This document shows positions 38,826 through 48,332 of a stretch of DNA of 64,000 nt, in pieces. Position 1 is the stretch's first letter; every line of letters begins with the position of its first letter. Origin of the DNA: Phycisphaerales bacterium (lineage in GTDB: Bacteria > Planctomycetota > Phycisphaerae > Phycisphaerales > UBA5793); the NCBI GenBank assembly GCA_044229655.1, contig JBGASM010000015.1, positions 35,950 to 99,949 of the forward strand, given 5' to 3'. The notes below the pieces were generated by a model. The model saw nothing but the letters and a program-made list of their open reading frames with translations, was not told where the DNA came from and searched no databases. A program made the translations under genes and the position numbers.

Positions 38826-40343
38826 ATGACCCCCACCGCGACTTCCGCCGCCCCCGCTTCATCCACCGTTTCTTCTTCCTCCTCCTGCGCCACCAATTCC
38901 TGTTCCTGCGGTGTGACGGGAACGATTGCGCACAGCATGCATACGAACCCGGTCATTGACCAAGCCATCGAGAAGATCGTGGGCGAGATGGACAAGCAGA
39001 AGGCGCGAATCACGGGCGTGCGCCCCGCGCTGGACGCAGCGCATGAGGCGCGGCTGGTGGACATGCTCAAGCAGGCATGCACGGTGCGCGGGCGGGACCG
39101 GCTGTATTACGACTACATCGGCTCGGGGATCGGCAACGGGCCATATGTTGAAATGGCGGACGGGTCGGTCAAACTCGATCTGATCTGCGGCATCGGCGTG
39201 CATTTCTTCGGGCATTCGGATTCCCAGGCTGCGGCGACGGGTCTGCGGGCCGCGCTGGCGGACACGGTGATGGCGGGCAACCTGCAGGCCAATCACAACG
39301 TCACGGAGTTTGCGCAGGTGCTGCTGAACCAGGCGGCCAGGAGCAGCAGACTCGCGCATGCGTATCTCATCAACGGCGGGTGCATGGCCAATGAGAACGC
39401 CATCAAGATCTGCTACCAGAAGAACGCGCCGGCGAACCGCGTGATCGCTTTCGAGCATTGCTTCATGGGGCGGAGCGTGACAATGTGCCAGATCGGCGAC
39501 AACGCAGCCAACCGCGTGGGCATTCCGCTGTCGACGCTGGTGGATTACATGCCGTTCTACGACCCGGAGATGGGGACGAAGTCGATTGATTACTGCGTCA
39601 AGCGCCTCGAGGAGTACGTCGCCCGGTATCCGAAGCAGCATGCATGCTTCATCTTCGAACTCATCCAGGGTGAGGGCGGCTTCAACAGCGCGCCGCGCGA
39701 GTACTTCACAGCGCTCATGGACATCTGCAAAGCCAACGGCATCGCAGTGTGGGATGACGAAGTGCAGACGTTCGGCCGGACCGGGGAGTTTTTCGCCTTT
39801 GAGAAGTTCAACCTCGGTCAGTATGTGGATGTATGCACGATCGGGAAGATGAGCCAGGTGTGCGCCGCGTTGTACACCAAGGATTACAACCCCAAGGCGG
39901 GGCTGCTGTCGGCGACGTTCATCGCATCGGCGCAGGAAATCGAAGTGGGCACGCTGTATCTCAAGCGGCTGCTGGGAAGCGGCCTGTACGGCGCGAACGG
40001 GTTGATTGAGAAGCACCACCGCCGGTTTGTCGAGGGGGTCAACGCGCTGAAGGCGAAGCACCCCACCTGGTTCCCGCCGGTGTCCTATCACGGACACACG
40101 TTCACCAACACGCCGATCGCGGGAGGCGTGGGGGGAATGATGCGCTTCACGCCTTTCGGCGGGGACAAGCAAAAGGTCACCGACCTGCTGCAGGTGATGT
40201 TCAAGGAAGGCATCATCGGCTTCTACGCGGGCCACGGCCCGTATCACGTGCGCTTCCTGCCGCCGCTGGGCGTAATGGACCTGGCCACGTGGGACGTCGC
40301 GTTTGACCTGCTGGAACGTTCCATGGCCAAGATCGCGAACTGA
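38826..40343 (+). CDS. Class-III PLP-dependent aminotransferase (ArgD/AstC-like)
   Basis: 505 aa from ATG 38826; an alternative start at ATG 38937 would remove a Ser/Cys-rich leader. It has DEVQTFGRTG and a candidate Schiff-base lysine region (TIGKMSQ). Confidence 0.85.
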   Translation: MTPTATSAAPASSTVSSSSSCATNSCSCGVTGTIAHSMHTNPVIDQAIEKIVGEMDKQKARITGVRPALDAAHEARLVDMLKQACTVRGRDRLYYDYIGSGIGNGPYVEMADGSVKLDLICGIGVHFFGHSDSQAAATGLRAALADTVMAGNLQANHNVTEFAQVLLNQAARSSRLAHAYLINGGCMANENAIKICYQKNAPANRVIAFEHCFMGRSVTMCQIGDNAANRVGIPLSTLVDYMPFYDPEMGTKSIDYCVKRLEEYVARYPKQHACFIFELIQGEGGFNSAPREYFTALMDICKANGIAVWDDEVQTFGRTGEFFAFEKFNLGQYVDVCTIGKMSQVCAALYTKDYNPKAGLLSATFIASAQEIEVGTLYLKRLLGSGLYGANGLIEKHHRRFVEGVNALKAKHPTWFPPVSYHGHTFTNTPIAGGVGGMMRFTPFGGDKQKVTDLLQVMFKEGIIGFYAGHGPYHVRFLPPLGVMDLATWDVAFDLLERSMAKIAN

Positions 40344-40410
40344 CGATCGCCTGCGAATCACAGTCGTTCCGACTTCTATTCCTCACTGACACACAGATCC
40401 CGGGTGCTCC

Positions 40411-41535
40411 ATGTTTGTGATCCGTCAGACGCGCATCGATGACCTGCCCATCCTCCTCAAACTGGCGCGGATGGTGCACTTCATCAACCTGCCGGCGGAC
40501 AAGGACATCATCACAGGCAAGATCGAACGCTCGGAACAGTCCTTCGGCGGGAAGATCGGGAACCCCACGCAGGGCCTGTACATGTTCGCCATTGAGGATG
40601 ACGAGACGGGCAATCTGCTGGGAACGTCGCAGATCATCGCGAAGATGGGCACGCCTGAATCGCCTAACACATATTTCGAGGTGGGCACGCGTGAGTTTTA
40701 CGCGGATGACCTGCGACAGGGGTGTCGGCACACGACGCTCAAACTGGGCGCGGAACGGGACGGGGGAAGCGAAGTGGGCGGGCTCATCCTGCAGCCTTCA
40801 TTCCGCGGGCATCCGTCGCGACTGGGCAAATCCCTGTCGCTCATCCGGTTTCATTACATCGGCCTGCATCGGGAGCGATTCGCGGATGAACTGATTGCGG
40901 AAATGATGGCCCCGCTGACGCATGAGGGAACCAACGCGCTGTGGGAGTACCTGGGTCGTCGGTTCATCAACCTGACCTATGACGAAGCGGATCGGCTCTC
41001 GACCAAGTCCAAGGCGTTCATCCTGGACCTGATGCCGAGGGAGGAAATCTACGTTTCCCTGCTGCCGCCCGAAGCGCGGATCATCATCGGGCAGGTAGGC
41101 AAGGACACTGAACCTGCGAAAGCGATGCTTGAGAAGATGGGTTTTGAGTACCGCAATCACATCGATCCGTTTGACGGCGGGCCGCACCTGCACGCGCGGA
41201 CGGGAGATGTCACGGTGATCCGGGACACCCGCCGGGTCACGCTGAAGGGTGCGTGCGGCAAGGGGCAGGCGGGCGGAGAGGCGCTGGTTTCATTTGAGAG
41301 CGAAAGCGGATTCCGCGCGCTGCGGACGGAGCTTGCGCTTTCGGGCGGAAGCGGGGACATCCTGCTTCCCAAGCCGGTGATGGCGGCGCTGCAAGCCGAG
41401 CCGGGCGCGACGGTGGGTCTGACGCTGCTGGCGCACCCGAACCGAGGGACGAAGCGGGGCGGCAGCGCGAAGGGCAAGGGGAATGCAGGGTCCAAGCGGA
41501 CCAAGGGGCGGAAGGCAGTCGGGCAGGGCGCGTAA
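40411..41535 (+). CDS. Arginine N-succinyltransferase (AstA)-family acyltransferase with basic C-terminal tail
   Basis: 374 aa. It is colinear with E. coli AstA as I remember it (MxVIRP..., ...GQVH/GKDTxPAxAxLEKxGFxYRNxIDxFDGGPxL). It has an extra Lys/Gly-rich tail KRGGSAKGKGNAGSKRTKGRK. Confidence 0.85.
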   Translation: MFVIRQTRIDDLPILLKLARMVHFINLPADKDIITGKIERSEQSFGGKIGNPTQGLYMFAIEDDETGNLLGTSQIIAKMGTPESPNTYFEVGTREFYADDLRQGCRHTTLKLGAERDGGSEVGGLILQPSFRGHPSRLGKSLSLIRFHYIGLHRERFADELIAEMMAPLTHEGTNALWEYLGRRFINLTYDEADRLSTKSKAFILDLMPREEIYVSLLPPEARIIIGQVGKDTEPAKAMLEKMGFEYRNHIDPFDGGPHLHARTGDVTVIRDTRRVTLKGACGKGQAGGEALVSFESESGFRALRTELALSGGSGDILLPKPVMAALQAEPGATVGLTLLAHPNRGTKRGGSAKGKGNAGSKRTKGRKAVGQGA

Positions 41536-41596
41536 GCCGGGAGCGGGGGAATTCCGCGCTGATGCGGAAGGGGCGATCACCATATCATCGCCCCCA

Positions 41597-42898
41597 ATGC
41601 CCGCACTCTTCATCACCAACGGTCGACTCATCGACCCAGCGTCCGGCCTGGATGAGACTGGCGATCTCGTCATCAATGACGGCAGGGTGGTTCAGGTCGG
41701 AGGGAAAGCCAAGCCTGCCAAGGGAGCGACGGTCATCGATGCGCGGGAGCGGATCGTGACGCCCGGGCTTATTGACCCGCATGTGCATCTGCGCGAGCCG
41801 GGCAAGGAAGAGGCGGAGACAATCGCATCGGGCGCGGCGGCGGCGGTCAGCGGGGGATTCACGACGGTGTGCTGCATGCCCAACACCACGCCCGCGCTGG
41901 ATCATCCCGCGATGATCGACTCGGTGTATCGCAGGGCGGACCTGGCAGGGCAAGCGCGGGTGTTTCCGGTGGCGGCGGTGACGAAAGGGAGGAAGGGGAC
42001 GGAACTGGCGGAGATCGGGCTGATGGCGGCGGCGGGTGCGGTGGGGTTTTCAGATGATGGGGACTGCGTGGAATCGCCGGCGGTGCAGCGGCGCGCGTTC
42101 CAGTTCATCAAGCAGGCGGGATCGGTCATGATGCAGCATTGTCAGGACCGGTCGCTCACGCAGGGCGGGGTCATGAATGCGGGACCGACGGCGATGCGGA
42201 TGGGGCTGACGGGTTGGCCGGCGGTGGCGGAGGAGATGGTGATTGAGCGGGATGTGCGGCTGAATCGCGACATCGGATGCCGATACCACGTGCAGCACAT
42301 GAGTTGTGCAGGGTCGGTGGAGATTGTGAGGCGGGCGCGGGCGGAGGGACAGCCTGTGACGGCGGAGGCGTCGCCGCACCACCTGCTGCTGACGGATGAG
42401 GCGTGCCTGGGGTACAACACGAACGCGAAGATGAATCCGCCGCTGCGCGCGATGCGGGATGTCGAGGCGCTGCTGGAAGGCGTTGCGGATGGAACGATCA
42501 CGGTGTTGGCGACGGATCATGCGCCGCACACGCGGGAAGCGAAGGACCTGGAGTTTGATGCAGCACCGTTCGGGATTGTGGGAATCGAAACGGCGCTGGC
42601 GCTGTATGTGAAGGCGCTGGTGGAGCCGAAGATCATCGACTGGCCGAGGCTGATTGCGCTGCTGACGGTCGAGCCGGCGAAACTGTGCGGGCTGGACCGG
42701 GAACCGTGGGGCCTGGGAAGGCTGGCGGTGGGGGGGCGTGCGGATGTGACAGTGATTGATCCGGATGCGGAGTGGACGATTCGCGCGGCGGAGTTCAAGA
42801 GCAAGTCGCGCAACACGCCGTTTGAGGGGTGGACAGTGCGTGGGAGGGCGGAGGCGGTCATTGTGAACGGGGTTGTCAAGATGGGTGGTCCGCACTGA
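41597..42898 (+). CDS. pyrC: Dihydroorotase (class I, allantoinase-like)
   Basis: 433 aa from ATG 41597. Metal-ligand motif GLIDPHVHLREPG, and a later ATDHAPH segment. Confidence 0.9.
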   Translation: MPALFITNGRLIDPASGLDETGDLVINDGRVVQVGGKAKPAKGATVIDARERIVTPGLIDPHVHLREPGKEEAETIASGAAAAVSGGFTTVCCMPNTTPALDHPAMIDSVYRRADLAGQARVFPVAAVTKGRKGTELAEIGLMAAAGAVGFSDDGDCVESPAVQRRAFQFIKQAGSVMMQHCQDRSLTQGGVMNAGPTAMRMGLTGWPAVAEEMVIERDVRLNRDIGCRYHVQHMSCAGSVEIVRRARAEGQPVTAEASPHHLLLTDEACLGYNTNAKMNPPLRAMRDVEALLEGVADGTITVLATDHAPHTREAKDLEFDAAPFGIVGIETALALYVKALVEPKIIDWPRLIALLTVEPAKLCGLDREPWGLGRLAVGGRADVTVIDPDAEWTIRAAEFKSKSRNTPFEGWTVRGRAEAVIVNGVVKMGGPH

Positions 42899-43198
42899 GT
42901 GCGGTGCTATGGGGATTGGGTGAGGCGAGGTCCGTTTGCAGGTCACGGCGGGAGCGGTCTCGGTGCGTGTGAAACGAGAAAGTGCGGAGAGTTGGGAAAA
43001 TCGCGCGGTTTTCTGACCATGCCGGCAGGCGCGGGCATCATCGCCTAGGTCCGGCTGAGCGCGATCCTGCCAGGGAGTTGCGCCAGCGCGAGCCAGCGAG
43101 GCTCAGTTAAGAAGGACTGAGGCCCGATCGCGCTCCCCAGACGCTGGACGAGGTCGATTGAACTGACATCCAAGTCTTCTGAAAGGACCGAGGTACTC

Positions 43199-44428
43199 AT
43201 GTTCCGCGCGCATTTTTCACGTGGCCGGGCGGGGATGGCGTTGGTCTGCGGGTTGTGGCCGGTGGGCGGCGTGCGGGCGGGGGAGGTGCTGATCTCGAAC
43301 TGGCTGCAGGGGGATGTGCTGCGCTACGAGGCAGAGACGGGAGAATTCATCGGCGCGCTGGCGCCGGCGCCGGGAGCGGGGGGAATGGCGGTGGATGAGC
43401 GCGGGATTCTGTATGTCGCGTGCGAGACGGCCAACGAGATCAGGCGATTTAGTCTGGCGACGGGGCAGCCGCTGCGACCGTTCGTGCAGGATGATCCGGC
43501 GACCGAGGGAGATGAAACAGGCGGGCTGAGGGGGCCGACGGGGCTGACTTTCGGGCCCGACGGGGACCTCTATGTGTGTTCATTCGACAACGACTCGATT
43601 CTGAGATATGACGGGCGGACGGGCGCATTCGTGGATGTGTTTGTGGGCGACAGCGAGGGAGGCCTGAACGGGCCTGACATCGGGATTGAGTTTGGAGCGG
43701 AAGGGGATCTGTATGTGGCGAGCCACTGGACGGACAGCGTGAATCGATATGACGGTGTGAGCGGCGCGGCGAAGGGCCAGTTCGTCGCGGAAGGTGCGAG
43801 CGGGCTGACCTGGCCGCGCGACATCATGTCTCTTGGTGAGACGCTGCTGGTGTCTTCGACGCCTTCGGAACTGCTGTATCGGTACGATGCGCAGACGGGC
43901 GCGCCGGTGGGATATGCGGACTTTTTCTACGTGGTGGGGCCCGGGGGAATGGGCGCGGGGCCGGCGGGGCTGGTGTACCTCGCATCGGCGGCGGGGGTGG
44001 TGGTCAAGATCGATCCGCGCGACACGATCGGGCTGCGCGGTTTTCTGGTGGGGTTTACCGGATATGTGCCGCAGGGCGGGCAGGACATTCTGTTCGTGCC
44101 AGACCTGCCGTGCCTCGGGGTGGCTGCTCCAAGTCCGGGACTGGCAGGTGAGGCGAACACGATCACAGCGCACCGAGCCAAGCCGGGCGGCAGCGTCACG
44201 TTTCTGGCGGGCACGAGCGCCGGGCTGAGTCAATTGCCTGGCTGTCCGGGCACGGCAGTGGGCATCGCGGCGGCGCGCGTGATCGGATCGGCGCGCGCGG
44301 ATGAGGCGGGAGACGCATCCATCACGATCAACGTGCCGGAGACGCTGCGCGGAACTCCGCTGTACGTGCAGGCCGTGGATCGAACGGCATGCTCGGCGTC
44401 GGGCGCGCTGCCCGTGACATTCAAGTGA
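43199..44428 (+). CDS. Secreted NHL-repeat beta-propeller protein with shared C-terminal beta-module
   Basis: 409 aa. Repeated segments GMAVDERGILYVAC, GLTFGPDGDLYVCS and GIEFGAEGDLYVAS. The tail ends ...LYVQAVDRTACSASGALPVTFK. Confidence 0.8.
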   Translation: MFRAHFSRGRAGMALVCGLWPVGGVRAGEVLISNWLQGDVLRYEAETGEFIGALAPAPGAGGMAVDERGILYVACETANEIRRFSLATGQPLRPFVQDDPATEGDETGGLRGPTGLTFGPDGDLYVCSFDNDSILRYDGRTGAFVDVFVGDSEGGLNGPDIGIEFGAEGDLYVASHWTDSVNRYDGVSGAAKGQFVAEGASGLTWPRDIMSLGETLLVSSTPSELLYRYDAQTGAPVGYADFFYVVGPGGMGAGPAGLVYLASAAGVVVKIDPRDTIGLRGFLVGFTGYVPQGGQDILFVPDLPCLGVAAPSPGLAGEANTITAHRAKPGGSVTFLAGTSAGLSQLPGCPGTAVGIAAARVIGSARADEAGDASITINVPETLRGTPLYVQAVDRTACSASGALPVTFK

Positions 44429-44479
44429 GCGATGCGGAAACCAGGATCAGTATTGCGATCAACTTCGAGGAGCCGGATC

Positions 44480-46078
44480 ATGAAGCGTCTGTTTATCTCG
44501 GGTCAAGCCGTGTTGTTTTGCGCCGCCGGGATCATGTCGGCGGCTGCGCGAGCGCAGGATTCGTGCGATCCGTCGGGGCGGGTGCGCGGAGAAGCGAATG
44601 ATCTGGCGTTTTCCCGAGCGGCGCGGGCGGGGGATGTCGACGGGGACGGGCACGACGACTTCATCGTGGGATCCTGGTCGACAAATTATCCGTTCGGGTC
44701 GCCGGTCGGAGCGGCGTATCTCTATTCAGGTCGCACGAATGAGCGGCTGTACTCGTGGTACGGACCGGGAGATTCAAGCCTGTTCGGGCTTGCGGTGGCA
44801 GGGAACGGCGATGTGAATGGGGACGGAGTGCCGGACATCGCCGTGGGGGCGACGCAGGCGATCAGCGACGGGATGATGACCGGTCAGGCGTTCATTTATT
44901 CAGGGGCTGACGGCAGCCTGCTGCAGCGGATCGAGGGGACCAATGAGTTCAGCGAACTGGGTGCGAGTGTGGCGATCGACGGCGATTACGATGGAGATGG
45001 TTTTGATGATGTTCTGATCGGCGCGCCGCGGCAAAGCAGGCCGCTGGGTCCGGCGGTGGGGCAGGCGTGGGTTTATTCGGGGAGGACGGGAGCGGTGCTG
45101 GGCACGTGGTATGGCGTCGCAGTGGGCCAGGAGTTCGGGTCGTCCGTGGCGTGGGCGGGCGATGTGGACGGGGACGGGCGGGCGGAAGCGGCAGTCGGGG
45201 CAGCGAGCGGATTTGTCATGGGGTTGGGGAATGCGGGCACGGTGCAGGTATTCCGCGGCGGAACGGGGCGGGAGATTCTGCACCTCACGGCATCGTCGTA
45301 TGGGGAAGCGTTCGGGACGACAGTGGCGCGGCTGGCGGATATTGACGGGGACAGCGTGAGCGAGATTGTCGTGGGCGCGCCGCTGGACAGTTCCTACGAC
45401 ACGAACTCAGGATCGGCATCCGTTTTCTCGGGACGCACCGGCGCGCGGCTGTTTCGTTTTGCGGGACGGGCGCCGGGGGAGATCTTCGGCATCGCGGTGG
45501 ATGATGCCGGAGATGCGGACCATGACGGTGTGCATGACATCCTGATCGGCGCGGAGGGGTCATTCCCGACGGTTCCCGGGTTCATTCACCTGTATTCAGG
45601 TGCAACCGGGTTGGAATTGTGTTCCGATCAGCAGGAGACGACGGCGGATTTCTTTGGTAACGACGTCGCGGGCGTGGGAGACTTGAACGCTGACGGCCTG
45701 GATGACTATGTGGCCACATCGTTGGGAGGGGAAGTCGTTTACCAGTACTCCGGGTTCTGCGCGGGGTTTGCGGTGAGTGCCGGGACGCTGACCTGGGGAG
45801 AGACAGCACGAATTTCGATCCGATGCGGACCGCGCGAGCAGCGCGTGTACGTGGCGTACAGCCTGGCGGGCGAGGGATCGACGCCGGTTCCGCCACTCAA
45901 CATCGTGCTGGATCTGGCTCGACCGGCGTTGGCGGGGTCAACGGTGACGGATCGGGCAGGCGACGGGCTGCTGGAAGCGGTGCTGCCGGAGGGATGGGGA
46001 ACCCGGCTGGTGTGGCTGCAGGCGGCGGCGCAGGGTGCGAAGTCGAGCGTTACTGTGGCCCAGATCAATCCGCATTAG
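44480..46078 (+). CDS. Secreted FG-GAP repeat protein with shared C-terminal beta-module
   Basis: 532 aa from ATG 44480, with GAGGAG upstream. Signal peptide MKRLFISGQAVLFCAAGIMSAAARAQ. Repeats GDVDGDGHDDFIVG, GDVNGDGVPDIAVG, GDYDGDGFDDVLIG and others. The tail ends ...LVWLQAAAQGAKSSVTVAQINPH. Confidence 0.9.
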   Translation: MKRLFISGQAVLFCAAGIMSAAARAQDSCDPSGRVRGEANDLAFSRAARAGDVDGDGHDDFIVGSWSTNYPFGSPVGAAYLYSGRTNERLYSWYGPGDSSLFGLAVAGNGDVNGDGVPDIAVGATQAISDGMMTGQAFIYSGADGSLLQRIEGTNEFSELGASVAIDGDYDGDGFDDVLIGAPRQSRPLGPAVGQAWVYSGRTGAVLGTWYGVAVGQEFGSSVAWAGDVDGDGRAEAAVGAASGFVMGLGNAGTVQVFRGGTGREILHLTASSYGEAFGTTVARLADIDGDSVSEIVVGAPLDSSYDTNSGSASVFSGRTGARLFRFAGRAPGEIFGIAVDDAGDADHDGVHDILIGAEGSFPTVPGFIHLYSGATGLELCSDQQETTADFFGNDVAGVGDLNADGLDDYVATSLGGEVVYQYSGFCAGFAVSAGTLTWGETARISIRCGPREQRVYVAYSLAGEGSTPVPPLNIVLDLARPALAGSTVTDRAGDGLLEAVLPEGWGTRLVWLQAAAQGAKSSVTVAQINPH

Positions 46079-46445
46079 CGCGGCGTCAAAGCACCCGTAA
46101 ATATATATTTAGAATGGGCTTATGTGCAAGTGCGAGGGCACTGTGCGCGGGGGGATTGGCACTTGGCCTGCAGATGAGAATCTAGGCAAGGCGAAGGCTA
46201 TACTTGCCTTTCGCCTGCAACCGGCGGGCGAGCCAGACCCGAAGTGGGATTGGGCTGGTGTTTGAACACGAAGAAACGTCGTCCGTGCCGGCACAAGTCG
46301 TTCGGTGGGCTCGTTTCGAAACCAGAAGCGCCCTGTATGCGGGCGGAGACCTCGGTGAGGCGTTGTCGGCGCGTGTTGCGTTGGACAAGCGTCGCCGGCG
46401 GCCGGTTTTTCCGCACGCGGTGTCGCTGATGCTCCGGAAAGGGGC

Positions 46446-47333
46446 ATGAATCACATGGCAGAAACACAGCAGTCGTCGTTGGTGAAGGAACTGGTCGAAG
46501 CGGGCATTCACTTCGGGCAGCGGTCGAGCAACTGGAACCCGAAGATGGGGCCGTACATTTACGGCAAGCGGAACCAGATCCACATCATCGACATTCGCGA
46601 GACGATCAAGGGCCTGCTGCTGGCGAAGAAGTACATCACGAAGATCGTGGCCAACGGGCAGGACGTGTGTTTTGTGGGCACGAAGCGGCAGGCGCGGGAT
46701 GTGCTCCAGAAGCGCGTGGGCGACGTGAAGATGCACTGGGTCATTGAGCGGTGGCTGGGCGGAACGCTGACGAACTTCCGGACGATTCGTTCGCGGCTGC
46801 GTCGGCTCGAGGAGCTGGAGCGGCTGGAAGAGACCGGGGAACTGGCGAACTACTCGAAGAAGATGGAATCGCAGATCCGGCGCGAGCGGAAGAAGATCAC
46901 GCGCAACCTCGAAGGCGTGCGCAACATGGCGAAGCTGCCCGGGGCGCTGGTGATCGTGGACGTGAAGCGTGAGATCAACGCGATCATGGAGGCGAAGAAG
47001 CTGGGCATTCCGACGATCTGCCTGATTGACACGGACGGCGATCCGGACTTGGCGGACATTCCGATTCCGGGCAATGACGATTCGATGCGGTCGATCGACC
47101 TGATCATCCGCGAGTTGTGCGCGGCGGTGGTGGAGGGACGGAACCAGCGCATGACTGCGGTGGCCGAGGAGAAAGCCGGCGCGAGCGCGGACGACAAGTC
47201 CGGGGCTGCGACGGCCGGAGGACCGCGGCGGAGCCGGCGTGCGCAGTTCAAGGCGGATGACGCCGGGGCTGCAGGCGGCGGCGAAGAGGGGGCCAAGGGA
47301 GCCGAAGCGGTGGCCGCAGGCAAAGAGGGCTGA
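46446..47333 (+). CDS. rpsB: 30S ribosomal protein S2
   Basis: 295 aa. LVEAGIHFGQRSSNWNPKM and the remaining S2 core are present. It has an Ala/Gly/Glu-rich C-terminal extension of about 50 aa. Confidence 0.97.
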   Translation: MNHMAETQQSSLVKELVEAGIHFGQRSSNWNPKMGPYIYGKRNQIHIIDIRETIKGLLLAKKYITKIVANGQDVCFVGTKRQARDVLQKRVGDVKMHWVIERWLGGTLTNFRTIRSRLRRLEELERLEETGELANYSKKMESQIRRERKKITRNLEGVRNMAKLPGALVIVDVKREINAIMEAKKLGIPTICLIDTDGDPDLADIPIPGNDDSMRSIDLIIRELCAAVVEGRNQRMTAVAEEKAGASADDKSGAATAGGPRRSRRAQFKADDAGAAGGGEEGAKGAEAVAAGKEG

Positions 47334-47470
47334 GCGATTCGGGAGGTTGCAGCGCGCGGCGAGATGACGACGTTGCGAACCGGGCGCAGGGCGGCCGGGC
47401 TCGTTTGAGCAGCACGGAAACCAGAGCGGGTTGAATTCTTCAGGAACGGGAACCAGAAAAGGACGAGAGC

Positions 47471-48289
47471 ATGTCCGCACCGACGATTAATGCGAAAGAC
47501 GTAATGGCCCTGCGTGAGAAGACCGGGCTGGGAATGATGGATTGCAAGCAGGCGCTGGCGGATTCGGGCGGGAACTTCGATAAAGCGATCGAGGCCCTGC
47601 GTGCGAAACTCAAGGGCAAGATGGACCTGCGGGCGGACCGGCCGGCGAGCGACGGTCTGATTGCGATCAAGGTGAGCGCGGACGGGACTTCGGCGGTGAT
47701 GGTGGAGGTGTCGACGGAGACGGACTTCACTGCGCGCAACGACAAGACTCGGGAGACGGCGGAGAAGATCGCGGCGATGGCGGCGGCAGGGGCTGCCGGC
47801 GATGTGGCTGCGACGAAGGAAATCACGGACCTCATCGACAACCTGCGCATCACGACGGGCGAGAACGTGAAGTTCCGGCGCGGCGTAAAGCTGGCGGGTG
47901 GATTCGTCGGGTCGTACCTGCATCACGACACGAAAAAGGGCGTGCTGCTGCTGTGCTCGGGCAAGTTGGACGAGGAGACGGCCAAGGGCATCTGCCAGCA
48001 CATCACCGCGCACGTGCCGCCGCCGGTGGGCATCACGGAGGCGGATATCCCGGCTGCGGAAGTGGAGAAAGTGCGGGAGAACGCGGTCAAAGAGGCCATG
48101 GAATCGGGCAAGCCTCGTGAAATCGCCCAAAAAATGGTGGAAGGCAAGGTTCGCAAGTACCTGCAGGAAATAACACTGCTGAATCAGAAGTATGTGAAGG
48201 ACCTGGAAGGCAAGAAATCTGTAAAGGACATCTTGCCTTCAGGGGTGACTGTGCAAAGATTCGTCCGATATTTAGTGGGGATGGATTGA
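47471..48289 (+). CDS. tsf: Translation elongation factor Ts
   Basis: 272 aa. N-terminal UBA-like VMALREKTGLGMMDCKQALADSGGNFDKAIEALR. It lies directly downstream of rpsB, the conserved gene order. Confidence 0.97.
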   Translation: MSAPTINAKDVMALREKTGLGMMDCKQALADSGGNFDKAIEALRAKLKGKMDLRADRPASDGLIAIKVSADGTSAVMVEVSTETDFTARNDKTRETAEKIAAMAAAGAAGDVAATKEITDLIDNLRITTGENVKFRRGVKLAGGFVGSYLHHDTKKGVLLLCSGKLDEETAKGICQHITAHVPPPVGITEADIPAAEVEKVRENAVKEAMESGKPREIAQKMVEGKVRKYLQEITLLNQKYVKDLEGKKSVKDILPSGVTVQRFVRYLVGMD

Positions 48290-48332
48290 GTCTGCTGGGA
48301 CTCCCCATGTGAAAATCTGAATTGACCAATGG

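Noticed and set aside
38859-40361. 500-aa minus-strand ORF
   Set aside because: It is antisense to the class-III aminotransferase, Arg/His-rich, with no recognisable domain.
42996-43013. Palindrome GAAAATCGCGCGGTTTTC downstream of pyrC as a terminator
   Set aside because: There is effectively no loop, the stem ends are weak and A/T-rich, and no T-run follows. It may be an operator, but that is unsupported.
46182-47480. 432-aa minus-strand ORF
   Set aside because: It is antisense to rpsB and Arg/Pro-rich. rpsB is unambiguous.
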